This document shows positions 28,073-36,523 of a stretch of DNA of 64,000 nucleotides, piece after piece. Origin of the DNA: Burkholderiales bacterium (lineage in GTDB: Bacteria; Pseudomonadota; Gammaproteobacteria; Burkholderiales; SG8-39). The position numbers and the translations under genes are program-made. Within the stretch, counting starts at the first letter, position 1, and every line of letters starts with the position of its first letter. The DNA lies in the NCBI GenBank assembly GCA_035517095.1, contig DATIZK010000013.1, positions 44,348-108,347 on the forward strand, in the 5' to 3' direction. Below the pieces are notes generated by a model, which saw only the letters and a list, made by a program, of their open reading frames with translations, was not told where the DNA came from and searched no databases.

Positions 28073-29101
28073 ATGCGCCCCTTCGCCACGCTGCCGCGCA
28101 ACGCGCTGATCGTCGCCGCGTTCAATACGCTGGTCGCGCTCTCCATCACGCTGGTGCAGCGCGAGTCCGGTCTGCTCGACAACTTCGTGTTCAGCCAGTG
28201 CATCGGCATGCTGGTGTATCTGACCGTCGACCTGCTGCGGCGCGCCTTCTGGCCGCGCGGCTTGGGCTCGTTCGCCGTCCTGCTCGCGCTTGCCGCGCTC
28301 GGCATGCTGGTGGGCTACTTCGGCGGCACGGCGCTCGCCGCGGCGATCCTCGGCTATCCCTGGCAGCCGGCCGGGCTGAACGAGCCGGACGCCGGCAAGA
28401 CCGTGGTGCTCACGCTCTGGGGCGGCGTGCTCGGCAGCTGGTTCTTCTGGAACCGCGCGCGGCTCGCCGGCCTGCGCGCGCGCAGCGAGGCCACCGAGCG
28501 GCGCGCGCTGGAGGCGCAGCTGCGCATGCTGCAGGCCCAGATCGAGCCGCATTTCCTGTTCAATACGCTCGCCAACCTGGACGCCCTGATCGCGCTCGAT
28601 CCGGCGCGCGCGCGCGTGATGCTCGGCCACCTAAACGACTACCTGCGCGCCTCGCTCGCCGCGGCGCGCAGCGAGCGCCACACCCTGGGCGACGAGTTCG
28701 CGCTGCTCTCCGAATACCTCGAGCTGCTCGCGATCCGCATGGGGCCGCGGCTTGCCTTCACCCTCGATCTGCCCTCGGCGCTCGCGCCCGAGCCGCTGCC
28801 GCCGATGCTGCTGCAGCCGCTGGTGGAAAACGCGCTCAAGCACGGCCTCGAGCCCAAGGTCGAAGGCGGGCGCGTGACGGTGCGCGCGCGGCGCGACGGC
28901 GCCGCGCTGGTGCTGACGGTCGCGGACGACGGCCTCGGACTGGGCGCGGCGCGCTCCCCCGGCACGGGCGTGGGCTTGGCGCACCTGCGCGAGCGCCTCG
29001 CCGCGCTATACGGCGGCGCGGCCGCGCTCGAGCTGCGCGCCGCGCCGGGCGGCGGCGTCGCCGCGACCATCACCATTCCTGGAGCAAGCCATGCTGGTTG
29101 A
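28073..29101 (+). CDS. sensor histidine kinase, LytS/AlgZ-type (His_kinase PF06580 + HATPase)
   Basis: Four N-terminal TM helices, then LQAQIEPHFLFNTLANL (phospho-His box of the LytS family) and LLQPLVENALKHG...GTGVGL. Confidence 0.88.
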   Translation: MRPFATLPRNALIVAAFNTLVALSITLVQRESGLLDNFVFSQCIGMLVYLTVDLLRRAFWPRGLGSFAVLLALAALGMLVGYFGGTALAAAILGYPWQPAGLNEPDAGKTVVLTLWGGVLGSWFFWNRARLAGLRARSEATERRALEAQLRMLQAQIEPHFLFNTLANLDALIALDPARARVMLGHLNDYLRASLAAARSERHTLGDEFALLSEYLELLAIRMGPRLAFTLDLPSALAPEPLPPMLLQPLVENALKHGLEPKVEGGRVTVRARRDGAALVLTVADDGLGLGAARSPGTGVGLAHLRERLAALYGGAAALELRAAPGGGVAATITIPGASHAG

Positions 29102-29579
29102 AATCCTGCGCCACACGCCTAGCTGGGTGTTCGGCCTGTTCGTGCTGCTGCTCGCACTCGGCATCACGCAGGCGCGCGCACGCAGGCTCGGCCGCACGCG
29201 TCTCTCCCTGCTTCCGCTCGCGATGCTCGGCCTGTCGCTGTACGGTGCAGCCTCGGCCTTCGGCTCCGGCCCGCTCGCGCTCGGCAGCTGGGGGGCGGCG
29301 CTCGCTGCGGTGACGCTTGCGAGCCTGGAGCTGCCTGCGGCGCGCGGCGTCGGCTATTCTTGCGCCGAACGGACGTTCACGGTGCCTGGCAGCTGGCTTC
29401 CGCTTGCGCTGATGATGGCGATCTTCTTCACCAAGTACGCGGTTGCGGTGGCGCTCGCGCGCCAGCCCGAATTGCGCACCGCAACCGGCTTCGTGGCCGC
29501 CGTGGGCGGCGTCTACGGCATGTTCAGCGGCCTGTTCTTCGCCCGTGCGCTGCGCATCTTGCGGGTGGCGCGCGCATGA
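29091..29579 (+). CDS. small 4-TM membrane protein of unknown function, between the kinase and regulator genes
   Basis: Hydrophobic ORF MLVEILRHTPSWVFGLFVLLLALGI.... It overlaps the kinase stop by 11 nt and the regulator start by 4 nt (ATGA). Confidence 0.65.
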   Translation: MLVEILRHTPSWVFGLFVLLLALGITQARARRLGRTRLSLLPLAMLGLSLYGAASAFGSGPLALGSWGAALAAVTLASLELPAARGVGYSCAERTFTVPGSWLPLALMMAIFFTKYAVAVALARQPELRTATGFVAAVGGVYGMFSGLFFARALRILRVARA

Positions 29580-30352
29580 GCCCGCGCGCGCTGATCGCCG
29601 AGGACGAGCCGCTGCTCGCCGCGCGGCTCAAGGCGATGCTGGCCGAGGCCTGGCCGGAGCTCGAGATCGTGCACGTCGCGGCGAGCGGCAGCGAGGCGCT
29701 CGACAAGCTCCTTGCGCTCGCGCCCGATGTGGCCCTGCTCGACATCCGCATGCCGGGGCTCACCGGGCTCGAGGTCGCCGAGGAGCTCGCCGACCGGCTC
29801 GCGCCCGGCGCGCGCCCGCCGGCGCTGGTGTTCGTCACCGCCTACGACGAGTTCGCGCTCGAGGCTTTCGACCTGGCGGCAGTCGACTACCTGCTCAAGC
29901 CGGTCGGCGCGGAGCGGCTGGCGCGCTGCGTCGCGCGCCTCAAGGCCGCGTTAACGCAGCCGCCGGGGCTGGAGGCGCTGCTCGCGCAGCTGCGCGCAGT
30001 GAGCGCGCCGCCGCCCGCCGCCGAGCCGCTGCGCCACATCCGGGCCGGTATCGGCAACGCGGTCAGGATCATCGCGCTGGAGGACGTGTGCTACTTCCGC
30101 GCCGGCGACAAGTACACCGCGGTCGCGACGCGCGACGGCGCCGAGGCGCTGATCCGCATCCCGCTCAAGGAGCTGCTCGCGCGCCTGCCCGCCGGGCGCT
30201 TCCGCCAGGTGCACCGCGGCAGCATCGTCAACATGGACCAGGTGGCAGAAGCGCTGCGCGACGACGCGGGGCGCGTGACGCTGCGCCTGAAGCACCGCAA
30301 GGAGACGCTGCCGGTGAGCCGCCTGTACGCCGAGCTTTTCCGCCAGATGTAG
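29576..30352 (+). CDS. LytTR/AlgR-family response regulator
   Basis: Receiver domain (ALIAEDEPLL...DVALLDIRMPGLTGLEV) plus a C-terminal LytTR DNA-binding domain (...FRQVHRGSIVNMDQV). Confidence 0.9.
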   Translation: MSPRALIAEDEPLLAARLKAMLAEAWPELEIVHVAASGSEALDKLLALAPDVALLDIRMPGLTGLEVAEELADRLAPGARPPALVFVTAYDEFALEAFDLAAVDYLLKPVGAERLARCVARLKAALTQPPGLEALLAQLRAVSAPPPAAEPLRHIRAGIGNAVRIIALEDVCYFRAGDKYTAVATRDGAEALIRIPLKELLARLPAGRFRQVHRGSIVNMDQVAEALRDDAGRVTLRLKHRKETLPVSRLYAELFRQM

Positions 30353-30358
30353 CCGGCG

Positions 30359-30871
30359 CTAGCGGCGCGAGTAGACCTGCTCCCAGTCGACGTGCGGATC
30401 CGGGGTGCGTGCGAGCGCCTCGCGCACCCACGCCGCATGCGAGAGCTCCTCGCGCGCCATCTCGGCCGCGAGGTCGCGCAGGCGCGGGTCGACCGCGCGC
30501 TCGAGCACCTGCTCGAAGAAGGCCTGCGCGCGCAGCTCCGCGGCGAGCGCGATCTCGAGCGCGTCGTGCGGGGTCATGAGCCGGAACACGAGGTCGTGGG
30601 CCGCGGTTTCGGGCGCGCCGGCGTCGAGCCAGGCGAACTGCGACGGGGCGATCTGCGGCAGCGCCATCCCGGTGCACTCGCGCTCGAGCGCCCTGGCGTG
30701 CTCGGCTTCGAACCCGGCCAGCTCGGCGAACAGCCGCGCGACCGCGTCGTTGCCCTGGTCGGCCATGCGCGCGGCGAATTCGCCGTAGCGCTGCGCCGCC
30801 TCGCGCTCGATCGCAAGCGCGTGCGCGTACAGCGCCGCCACGCCCCCGCCCAGCTCCGCCTGCTCCGCCAT
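30359..30871 (-). CDS. ferritin-like (rubrerythrin-family) protein, paralog 1
   Basis: Four-helix-bundle di-iron-like ExxH-type pattern (ALYAHALAIEREAAQRY...EAEHARAL...ALAAELRAQAFF...EELSHAAWV). Confidence 0.75.
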   Translation of the reverse strand: MAEQAELGGGVAALYAHALAIEREAAQRYGEFAARMADQGNDAVARLFAELAGFEAEHARALERECTGMALPQIAPSQFAWLDAGAPETAAHDLVFRLMTPHDALEIALAAELRAQAFFEQVLERAVDPRLRDLAAEMAREELSHAAWVREALARTPDPHVDWEQVYSRR

Positions 30872-30942
30872 GACGACCAGCCCTCCCCTTTGTCCTATTA
30901 CGCGCACTGGCGAGGCGCGTCTTGACGGGAGTCAAACAGGGC

Positions 30943-31482
30943 TCAATCGACGCCGTGCAGCGCCGCGCCGCTCACGCCCGCCTCGTGTAGCAGCTCCCAA
31001 TCGAGCCGCGGATCGGGCGTCGCGCGCAGCGCGCGCTCGATCTCGGCTACCCGCCGGTGCTCCTCGAGCGCCATCTCGACCGCCAGCTTGATTCCGCCCG
31101 CGTCGCCGATCCGGCTCGCCGCCACCAGGAAGAACTCCTCGGCGCGCCGCTCTGCCACGCAGGCGAGCGCGAGCGCATCGCGCGGGGTCTGCGGCATGAG
31201 CGGAAAGCTGAGCTCCAGGTAGGCGGGCGACGAAGTGAAGAACCAGGCGTATTCCCAGGGCGAGATCTCCGGCAGCTCGAACCCCGCCGCGGTCCGCTCG
31301 AGAGAATCGAGGTGCGCCCGTTCGCTCCGCTCGAGCTTGCGGAACACGCTCTCGACGCCCCCGATCCCCAGGTCCTGCATCCAGTCGGCGAGCTCGCGGT
31401 AGCGCGACAGCGCTTCGCGCTCGATGGCGAGCGCGTGGGCGAACAATTCGGCGGCGGACGCGGGAATGAGCTGCTGAGCCAT
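30943..31482 (-). CDS. ferritin-like (rubrerythrin-family) protein, paralog 2
   Basis: ELFAHALAIEREALSRY...SERAHLDSL...CVAERRAEEFF...EEHRRVAEI is collinear with paralog 1. An AAGGAG RBS precedes ATG 31482. Confidence 0.75.
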   Translation of the reverse strand: MAQQLIPASAAELFAHALAIEREALSRYRELADWMQDLGIGGVESVFRKLERSERAHLDSLERTAAGFELPEISPWEYAWFFTSSPAYLELSFPLMPQTPRDALALACVAERRAEEFFLVAASRIGDAGGIKLAVEMALEEHRRVAEIERALRATPDPRLDWELLHEAGVSGAALHGVD

Positions 31483-31545
31483 GGGAATTCTCCTTTCGAG
31501 AAACAAACGAGAGAGCGAATTGCCCGCGAGGCTAGCAACGTTTTC

Positions 31546-31564
31546 TTAAATGATTATGAATCTC
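31546..31564 (-). promoter_or_regulatory. Fur-box-like 19-mer upstream of the ferritin-like genes
   Basis: The minus strand reads GAGATTCATAATCATTTAA. This is a 13/19 match to GATAATGATAATCATTATC and includes a perfect ATAATCATT core. It lies 64-82 nt upstream of ATG 31482, in an otherwise GC-rich context. Confidence 0.4.
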
Positions 31565-31633
31565 CGGTAAAGAATGCTTGCGTCGTGTCGTTCGAAAGCG
31601 ACGCGTGCAATCGCCGCGTCAGCCGGCTGTAAA

Positions 31634-32344
31634 TCATGCGATCGCCGCGCCGATCAGCCACGCACCCCAGGCGACGAGCGCCGCGCCCACCGCGCGATCG
31701 AATGCGCGCCCGAACGGAATCAGGCGCTCCGCCAGGATGTAGATCGAGAACGCGGCGGCCCAGGCGAAGCTCATCGCGCCGACCACGAACAGCACGGCCA
31801 TCACCAGCCAGCAGCAGCCCACGCACCAGACGGCATAGCGCAGGCCCATGACGAAACCGCCGCCGACGCCGTCGCGCCACTCGTTCATCATGTAGCCGAG
31901 CGGCGAGCGGCAGCGCGCCACGCAGTTCGCCTTGAACGGCGACCACTGCCAGGCGCCGGCGGCGATCAGCACCGCGCCGCCGAGCGGCGCGCTGCCGAGC
32001 TTCAGCCCCATGCCGATCAGGCCGGCCGCCTGCAGGCCCCAGTGCGCGAGCGCGTAGGCGACGCCGGCCGCGGCCCAGGCGCCGAGGTAGCCCGCGAGGT
32101 AGGCCGCCGAGGCGAGCGGACGCTTCGACATCCGCGCGTGCAGCAGGTAGGAAGGCGCGGCCGCGGGAACCATCATCGCCGCCATCATCACCGCCCACAT
32201 CAGCGCGAGCGCGCCGACGCCCATCTGCATGTCCGGCATCGCTACGCGCATCGCCGACATGCCGCGCCCGATCTGCACGAACCAGGCCCAGGCCAGCAGC
32301 CCGACGACCCCGATCGAGACCAGCGCCAGCGCGCGGCCGTTCAC
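31634..32344 (-). CDS. DUF2182-like integral membrane protein (predicted metal-binding)
   Basis: Met-rich hydrophobic protein (MRVAMPDMQMGVGALALMWAVMMAAMMVPAAAP...). The GTG 32344 start overlaps the upstream stop (GTGA). Confidence 0.75.
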   Translation of the reverse strand: MNGRALALVSIGVVGLLAWAWFVQIGRGMSAMRVAMPDMQMGVGALALMWAVMMAAMMVPAAAPSYLLHARMSKRPLASAAYLAGYLGAWAAAGVAYALAHWGLQAAGLIGMGLKLGSAPLGGAVLIAAGAWQWSPFKANCVARCRSPLGYMMNEWRDGVGGGFVMGLRYAVWCVGCCWLVMAVLFVVGAMSFAWAAAFSIYILAERLIPFGRAFDRAVGAALVAWGAWLIGAAIA

Positions 32345-32937
32345 GCGGCGTACTGGAACGGCGAGAAGAACCCGTTCTTGCCCGAGAGGTTCCAGCTCAT
32401 GCCGTGATCCTTGTAAGTGAACTTCTTCGAGCGCGCGGTAACTGCCGGATTTCCGGGCGCGATGCAAAGCGGGTGGTTGGTGACGGTGATCTCTGCCCCG
32501 CCTTGCCCCTCGAGCGCCTCGATCGTCGCGTCGGCAATGTTGGGAATCGTCAGGCTGCGCTGCTTGCCGCTGGCCGAGAACTTCATCGGCACGCTCGCCA
32601 GCCCGAGGATCTTGCCGACGTGCGAGGCGAGCCGCGCGGGATGGCCGCCCGCCTGCCCGCCGAAGATCTTGGCGAGGGCGTCCTTCTGCTTCGCGTTCGC
32701 CCGCTCGTCGAGGTACAGCGCGGCATCCCACTTCACCTGCGCCATGTGGCCCGGCGAGCGCACCGCGAGCGCGACGTTCAGGCCCTCGAGCGGCACGCCT
32801 TCGAAGTTTCCCTTGTCGATATGCCAGGCGACAAGCACGCCACACTCGCCTTCCGTGGGCTTGCTCAGGAACACGCACGGGCACGCGGCCTCGCAGTTGC
32901 AGGTCTCGAAATACGTTCCTTCCAGTTTCCAGCTCAT
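32341..32937 (-). CDS. DUF1326-like protein
   Basis: MSWKLEGTYFETCNCEAACPCVF is the characteristic Cys-rich N-terminus. An AGGAG RBS is present, and ATG 32937 overlaps the MocR stop (ATGA). Confidence 0.8.
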   Translation of the reverse strand: MSWKLEGTYFETCNCEAACPCVFLSKPTEGECGVLVAWHIDKGNFEGVPLEGLNVALAVRSPGHMAQVKWDAALYLDERANAKQKDALAKIFGGQAGGHPARLASHVGKILGLASVPMKFSASGKQRSLTIPNIADATIEALEGQGGAEITVTNHPLCIAPGNPAVTARSKKFTYKDHGMSWNLSGKNGFFSPFQYAA

Positions 32938-34394
32938 GTCGCGATCTCCTGTTCGTGGTTTGCGGCGCCGAGCAGCGCGCCAAGGGTCTGGATGCCGCGC
33001 TCGATGCGCTCCTCCTCGACTGCGGCGAAATTTAGGCGGATGTAGGGTTGATCGGCCGGCGCGACGAAGAACGCCTCGCCCGGGGCGAAACCGACGCCGG
33101 CGCGAACCGCGTCGTCGAACAGCCGGCGCACCGAGACGCGGCCGGCGAGCTTCACCCACAACACCGGCCCGCCCTCCACCCGACGCCAGCGTGTACCACG
33201 CGGGAACCGGCGCGCGAGCGCCTCGTCCATCGTGCGCTGCCGCGCGGCGTAGACGCGGCTGATCTTCTTCCAGAAGCGCATCGCCTGTCCCGACTCGAGG
33301 TAGTCGGCCATCGCGCGCTGCATCAGCGGCGGGCAGAACATATCCATCGAGCGCTTGCGCGTCACCGCCCACTGCCTGAGCTTCGGCGGCGCCACGAGGT
33401 AGCCCAGCCGCGCCGCCGGCAGGACCGATTTGCTGAAGCTGCCGGCGTAGATCACGTTGCCGCTCGGGTCGAGCGTCGCCAGCGGCGGCGGCAGCGGACT
33501 GCCGAAACGCACCTCGCGCAGCGCGTCGTCCTCGAGCACGGGCACGCCGTGCCGCCGCGCGAGGCGCACCAGCTCGTGCCGCCGCGCCGCGGGCATCACC
33601 GTCCCGGTCGGGTTCTGGAAGGTCGGGATGGTGTAGATGAGGCGCGCGCCGCCCTGCCCGAGCGCCCGTTCCAGCGCGTCGAGGCGCATGCCGTGCTCGT
33701 CGAGCGGCACGCCGACGATGTCGGCGCCCGCCGCCTCGAGCGTGCCGAGCGCGCCCGGCCAGGTCGTCTCCTCGACGATCACCCGCTCGCCGGGCCGCAC
33801 CAGCGCGCCCACCACCAGCTCGATCGCCTGCTGAGACCCGGTCGTGACCACGATGTCGTCCGCGCCGACCGCCAGGTCGAGCTTGCGCAGATAGGCGGCG
33901 AAGGCTTCGCGCAGCGCCGGATCACCCTGCGTCTCGGCAGGCCCGAGCGCGGCGCCGCCGGCGCGGCGCAGGATGCGGTCGATGATGGCGCGGAAGGCAT
34001 CCACCGGAAAAAGCGCAGGGTCACCGGCGCCCCAGGCGAAGGTGACGCCGGCCGTGCCCGCGTTTCTGAACACCTGGGCCAGCATCCGCTCGCGCGCCGG
34101 GTTGGCGCAGGGGGCGAGGCGCACCTCCCAAGGCAAGGCCTCGCCCCGGTGCCCCTCGCGCGGCGCCCCCGCGTGCGCCGCGTGGCGCGTCACGTAGTTG
34201 CCCGAGCGCGCGCGCGCCTCGATCAGCCCCTGCGCCTGGAGCGCCTCGTAGGCGGCCTCGACCGTGATGCGGCTCACCCCGAGGTCCTTCGCCAGGCGCC
34301 GCAGCGACGGCAGGCGGCTGCCCGCGGGCGCGGCGCCGCGCAGGATCGCGCCGATCAGCTGGTCCTGCACGCGCCGGTAGAGCGGCTGGTTCAC
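32934..34394 (-). CDS. MocR-type regulator (GntR HTH fused to a PLP-dependent aminotransferase-like domain)
   Basis: N-terminal wHTH (LPSLRRLAKDLGVSRITVEAAYEALQAQGLI) and a fold-type-I aminotransferase domain with SFSKSVLPAARLGY (PLP Lys). GTG 34394 sits behind a GAGGAG RBS. The long upstream extension of the ORF is spurious. Confidence 0.88.
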   Translation of the reverse strand: MNQPLYRRVQDQLIGAILRGAAPAGSRLPSLRRLAKDLGVSRITVEAAYEALQAQGLIEARARSGNYVTRHAAHAGAPREGHRGEALPWEVRLAPCANPARERMLAQVFRNAGTAGVTFAWGAGDPALFPVDAFRAIIDRILRRAGGAALGPAETQGDPALREAFAAYLRKLDLAVGADDIVVTTGSQQAIELVVGALVRPGERVIVEETTWPGALGTLEAAGADIVGVPLDEHGMRLDALERALGQGGARLIYTIPTFQNPTGTVMPAARRHELVRLARRHGVPVLEDDALREVRFGSPLPPPLATLDPSGNVIYAGSFSKSVLPAARLGYLVAPPKLRQWAVTRKRSMDMFCPPLMQRAMADYLESGQAMRFWKKISRVYAARQRTMDEALARRFPRGTRWRRVEGGPVLWVKLAGRVSVRRLFDDAVRAGVGFAPGEAFFVAPADQPYIRLNFAAVEEERIERGIQTLGALLGAANHEQEIAT

Positions 34395-34541
34395 GGCTTT
34401 CTCCTCGCACAACTGGCATTGCGATTTTAGGGATTCGGCGCAAGGCGCATAGAGCCAGCTGCGCCCCGATCTTCCAGTGCCAGCGGGGCGAATCCGCCCC
34501 TTGGAGTAGAATTCCCTTCCTAAACCGTTGCTTATCCCCGC

Positions 34542-36200
34542 ATGGCGCAAGCTTCCAGCAAGACCCTGAACTCCCCTTCCGCGTCCAACTTCATCCGTCA
34601 AGTTGTAGAACACGACCTGGCGAGCGGCAAACGCAAGAGCGTGCGCACGCGCTTTCCGCCAGAGCCGAACGGCTACCTGCACTTCGGCCACGCGAAGTCG
34701 ATCTGCCTCAATTTCGGCCTGGCGCGCGACTACGGCGGCGTGTGCCACCTGCGCTTCGACGACACCAACCCGGCCAAGGAGGAGCAGGAGTACGTCGACT
34801 CGATCATCGACGCGGTGCGCTGGCTCGGCTTCGACTGGGGCGAGCACCAGTACTACGCCTCGGACTACTTCGACAGGCTGTACGGCTTCGCGCGCAACCT
34901 GGTCGAGCGCGGCCTGGCCTACGTCGACTCGCTCAGCGCGGAGGAGATCCGCAGCCACCGCGGCACGCTCACCGAACACGGCCGCAACAGCCCTTTCCGC
35001 GACCGTCCCGTCGACGAGAACCTGAGGTTGCTGGAGGAGATGAGACAGGGCAAGCATGCCGACGGCAGCCACGTCCTTCGCGCCAAAATCGACATGCAAA
35101 GCGGCAACATCAACCTGCGCGACCCGGTCATGTACCGCATCCGCCACGCCGAGCACCACCGCACCGGCAGCGCCTGGTGCATCTACCCGAGCTACGACTG
35201 GGCGCATGGCGTCTCGGACGCGATCGAGCGCATCAGCCACTCGATCTGCACGCTCGAGTTCGAGGACCACCGGCCGCTTTACGACTGGTTCAACGAGCGC
35301 CTGGCCGAAGCCGGCCTGCTCGAGCGCCCGCTGCCGCAGCAGATCGAGTTCGCGCGCCTGAACCTGACCTACGTCGTTCTCAGCAAGCGCAAGCTTATCC
35401 AGCTGGTCGACGAAGGCCACGTCGAGGGCTGGGACGATCCGCGCATGCCGACCCTGGTCGGCGCGCGCCGGCGCGGTTATACCCCGGAGGGCTTGCGCCG
35501 CTTCGCCGAGCGCATCGGCGTGGCCAAGGCGGACTCCTGGATCGACTTCTCGATCCTCGAGGACTGCATGCGCGAGCATCTGAACGAAGTCGCGCCGCGC
35601 CGCATCGCGGTGCTCGACCCGGTGAAGCTCGTGATCGACAACTATCCGGAGGCGGGCGAGGAGCCGTGCGAGCTGCCAAACCATCCGCAGAAGCCGGACT
35701 GGGGCAAGCGCGAGCTGGCCTTTTCGCGCGAGCTGTGGATCGAGCGCGACGACTACGCCGAAGCCCCGCCCAAGGGCTACTTCCGCCTCGCCCCGGGAAC
35801 CGAGGTGCGGCTGCGCTACGGCTACGTGGTGAAATGCATCGGCATGCGCGACGGCGTCGTGCACTGCACCTATCATCCCGATTCGAAGTCCGGCACCGCC
35901 GGCGCCGAGCGCTACAAGGTCAAGGGCAACATCCACTGGCTCAGCGCGAAGCATGCGCACGCGGCCGAGGTCCGCCTCTACGACCGGCTGTTCGCGGCCC
36001 CGCAGCCCGACGGCGTCGCCGACCTGAACCGCGAATCGAGGCGAGTCATCAGCGCCCGGCTCGAGCCCGCGCTGCGCGGGGCCAGGCCCGAGGAGCGCTT
36101 CCAGTTCGAGCGCCACGGCTATTTCGTCGCCGACCGCGAGGACCCGTCGGCCTTCAACCGGACCGTGACGCTGAGGGACTCGTGGGGCGCCGGCAAGTAA
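34542..36200 (+). CDS. glnS: glutamine--tRNA ligase
   Basis: TRFPPEPNGYLHFGHAKS (HIGH), VLSKRKL (KMSKS) and GlnRS-specific stretches HLRFDDTNP and YDWAHG. 552 aa. Confidence 0.97.
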   Translation: MAQASSKTLNSPSASNFIRQVVEHDLASGKRKSVRTRFPPEPNGYLHFGHAKSICLNFGLARDYGGVCHLRFDDTNPAKEEQEYVDSIIDAVRWLGFDWGEHQYYASDYFDRLYGFARNLVERGLAYVDSLSAEEIRSHRGTLTEHGRNSPFRDRPVDENLRLLEEMRQGKHADGSHVLRAKIDMQSGNINLRDPVMYRIRHAEHHRTGSAWCIYPSYDWAHGVSDAIERISHSICTLEFEDHRPLYDWFNERLAEAGLLERPLPQQIEFARLNLTYVVLSKRKLIQLVDEGHVEGWDDPRMPTLVGARRRGYTPEGLRRFAERIGVAKADSWIDFSILEDCMREHLNEVAPRRIAVLDPVKLVIDNYPEAGEEPCELPNHPQKPDWGKRELAFSRELWIERDDYAEAPPKGYFRLAPGTEVRLRYGYVVKCIGMRDGVVHCTYHPDSKSGTAGAERYKVKGNIHWLSAKHAHAAEVRLYDRLFAAPQPDGVADLNRESRRVISARLEPALRGARPEERFQFERHGYFVADREDPSAFNRTVTLRDSWGAGK

Positions 36201-36523
36201 TCTACGTCGCCAGCATCGCCGTGCTGGCGCTCGGCCTGTGCGCCGCGGCGCTGATCTACCTGACGGCCGGCGAAGGGTCGGACGGCGCAGTGACGTACGA
36301 AGTGATAAACGGCACCGCTTATCCGGTCGAGCCGGGAGACTCCAAGGCCTACCAGCGCGAGCTGGAGCGCTTCGGCGGCAAGGCGAACGTGCTCGCGGCC
36401 GAGTTCACGCATTGGTTCGCCGGACTGTGGCAGGGAAGGAGCCTGGCGTTCACGGTCGCTTTCCTCAGCGCCTTGGTTGCGCTCGCGCTATACCTGTACG
36501 CGAAGTACCTGGAGCCGGAATGA
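36182..36523 (+). CDS. small 2-TM membrane protein (hypothetical); start uncertain
   Basis: The frame is open from GTG 36182 (alternative GTG 36221). Two hydrophobic helices flank a soluble loop, and the stop overlaps the next ATG (ATGA at 36520-36523). Confidence 0.5.
   Translation: MGRRQVIYVASIAVLALGLCAAALIYLTAGEGSDGAVTYEVINGTAYPVEPGDSKAYQRELERFGGKANVLAAEFTHWFAGLWQGRSLAFTVAFLSALVALALYLYAKYLEPE

Noticed and set aside
34485-34500. Small hairpins in promoter or spacer regions: GGGGCG-AATC-CGCCCC at 34485-34500, CCGGCTGC-N12-GCAGCCGG at 51553-51580, GGGGGC-N7-GCCCCC near 60990, and GTCGCC-TCAG-GGCGAC near 61106.
   Set aside because: The stems are 6-8 bp GC pairs without U-tracts and do not form a repeated family. 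Such stems are common by chance in GC-rich DNA. I kept only the 10-bp stem at 44645-44670 as a tentative terminator.
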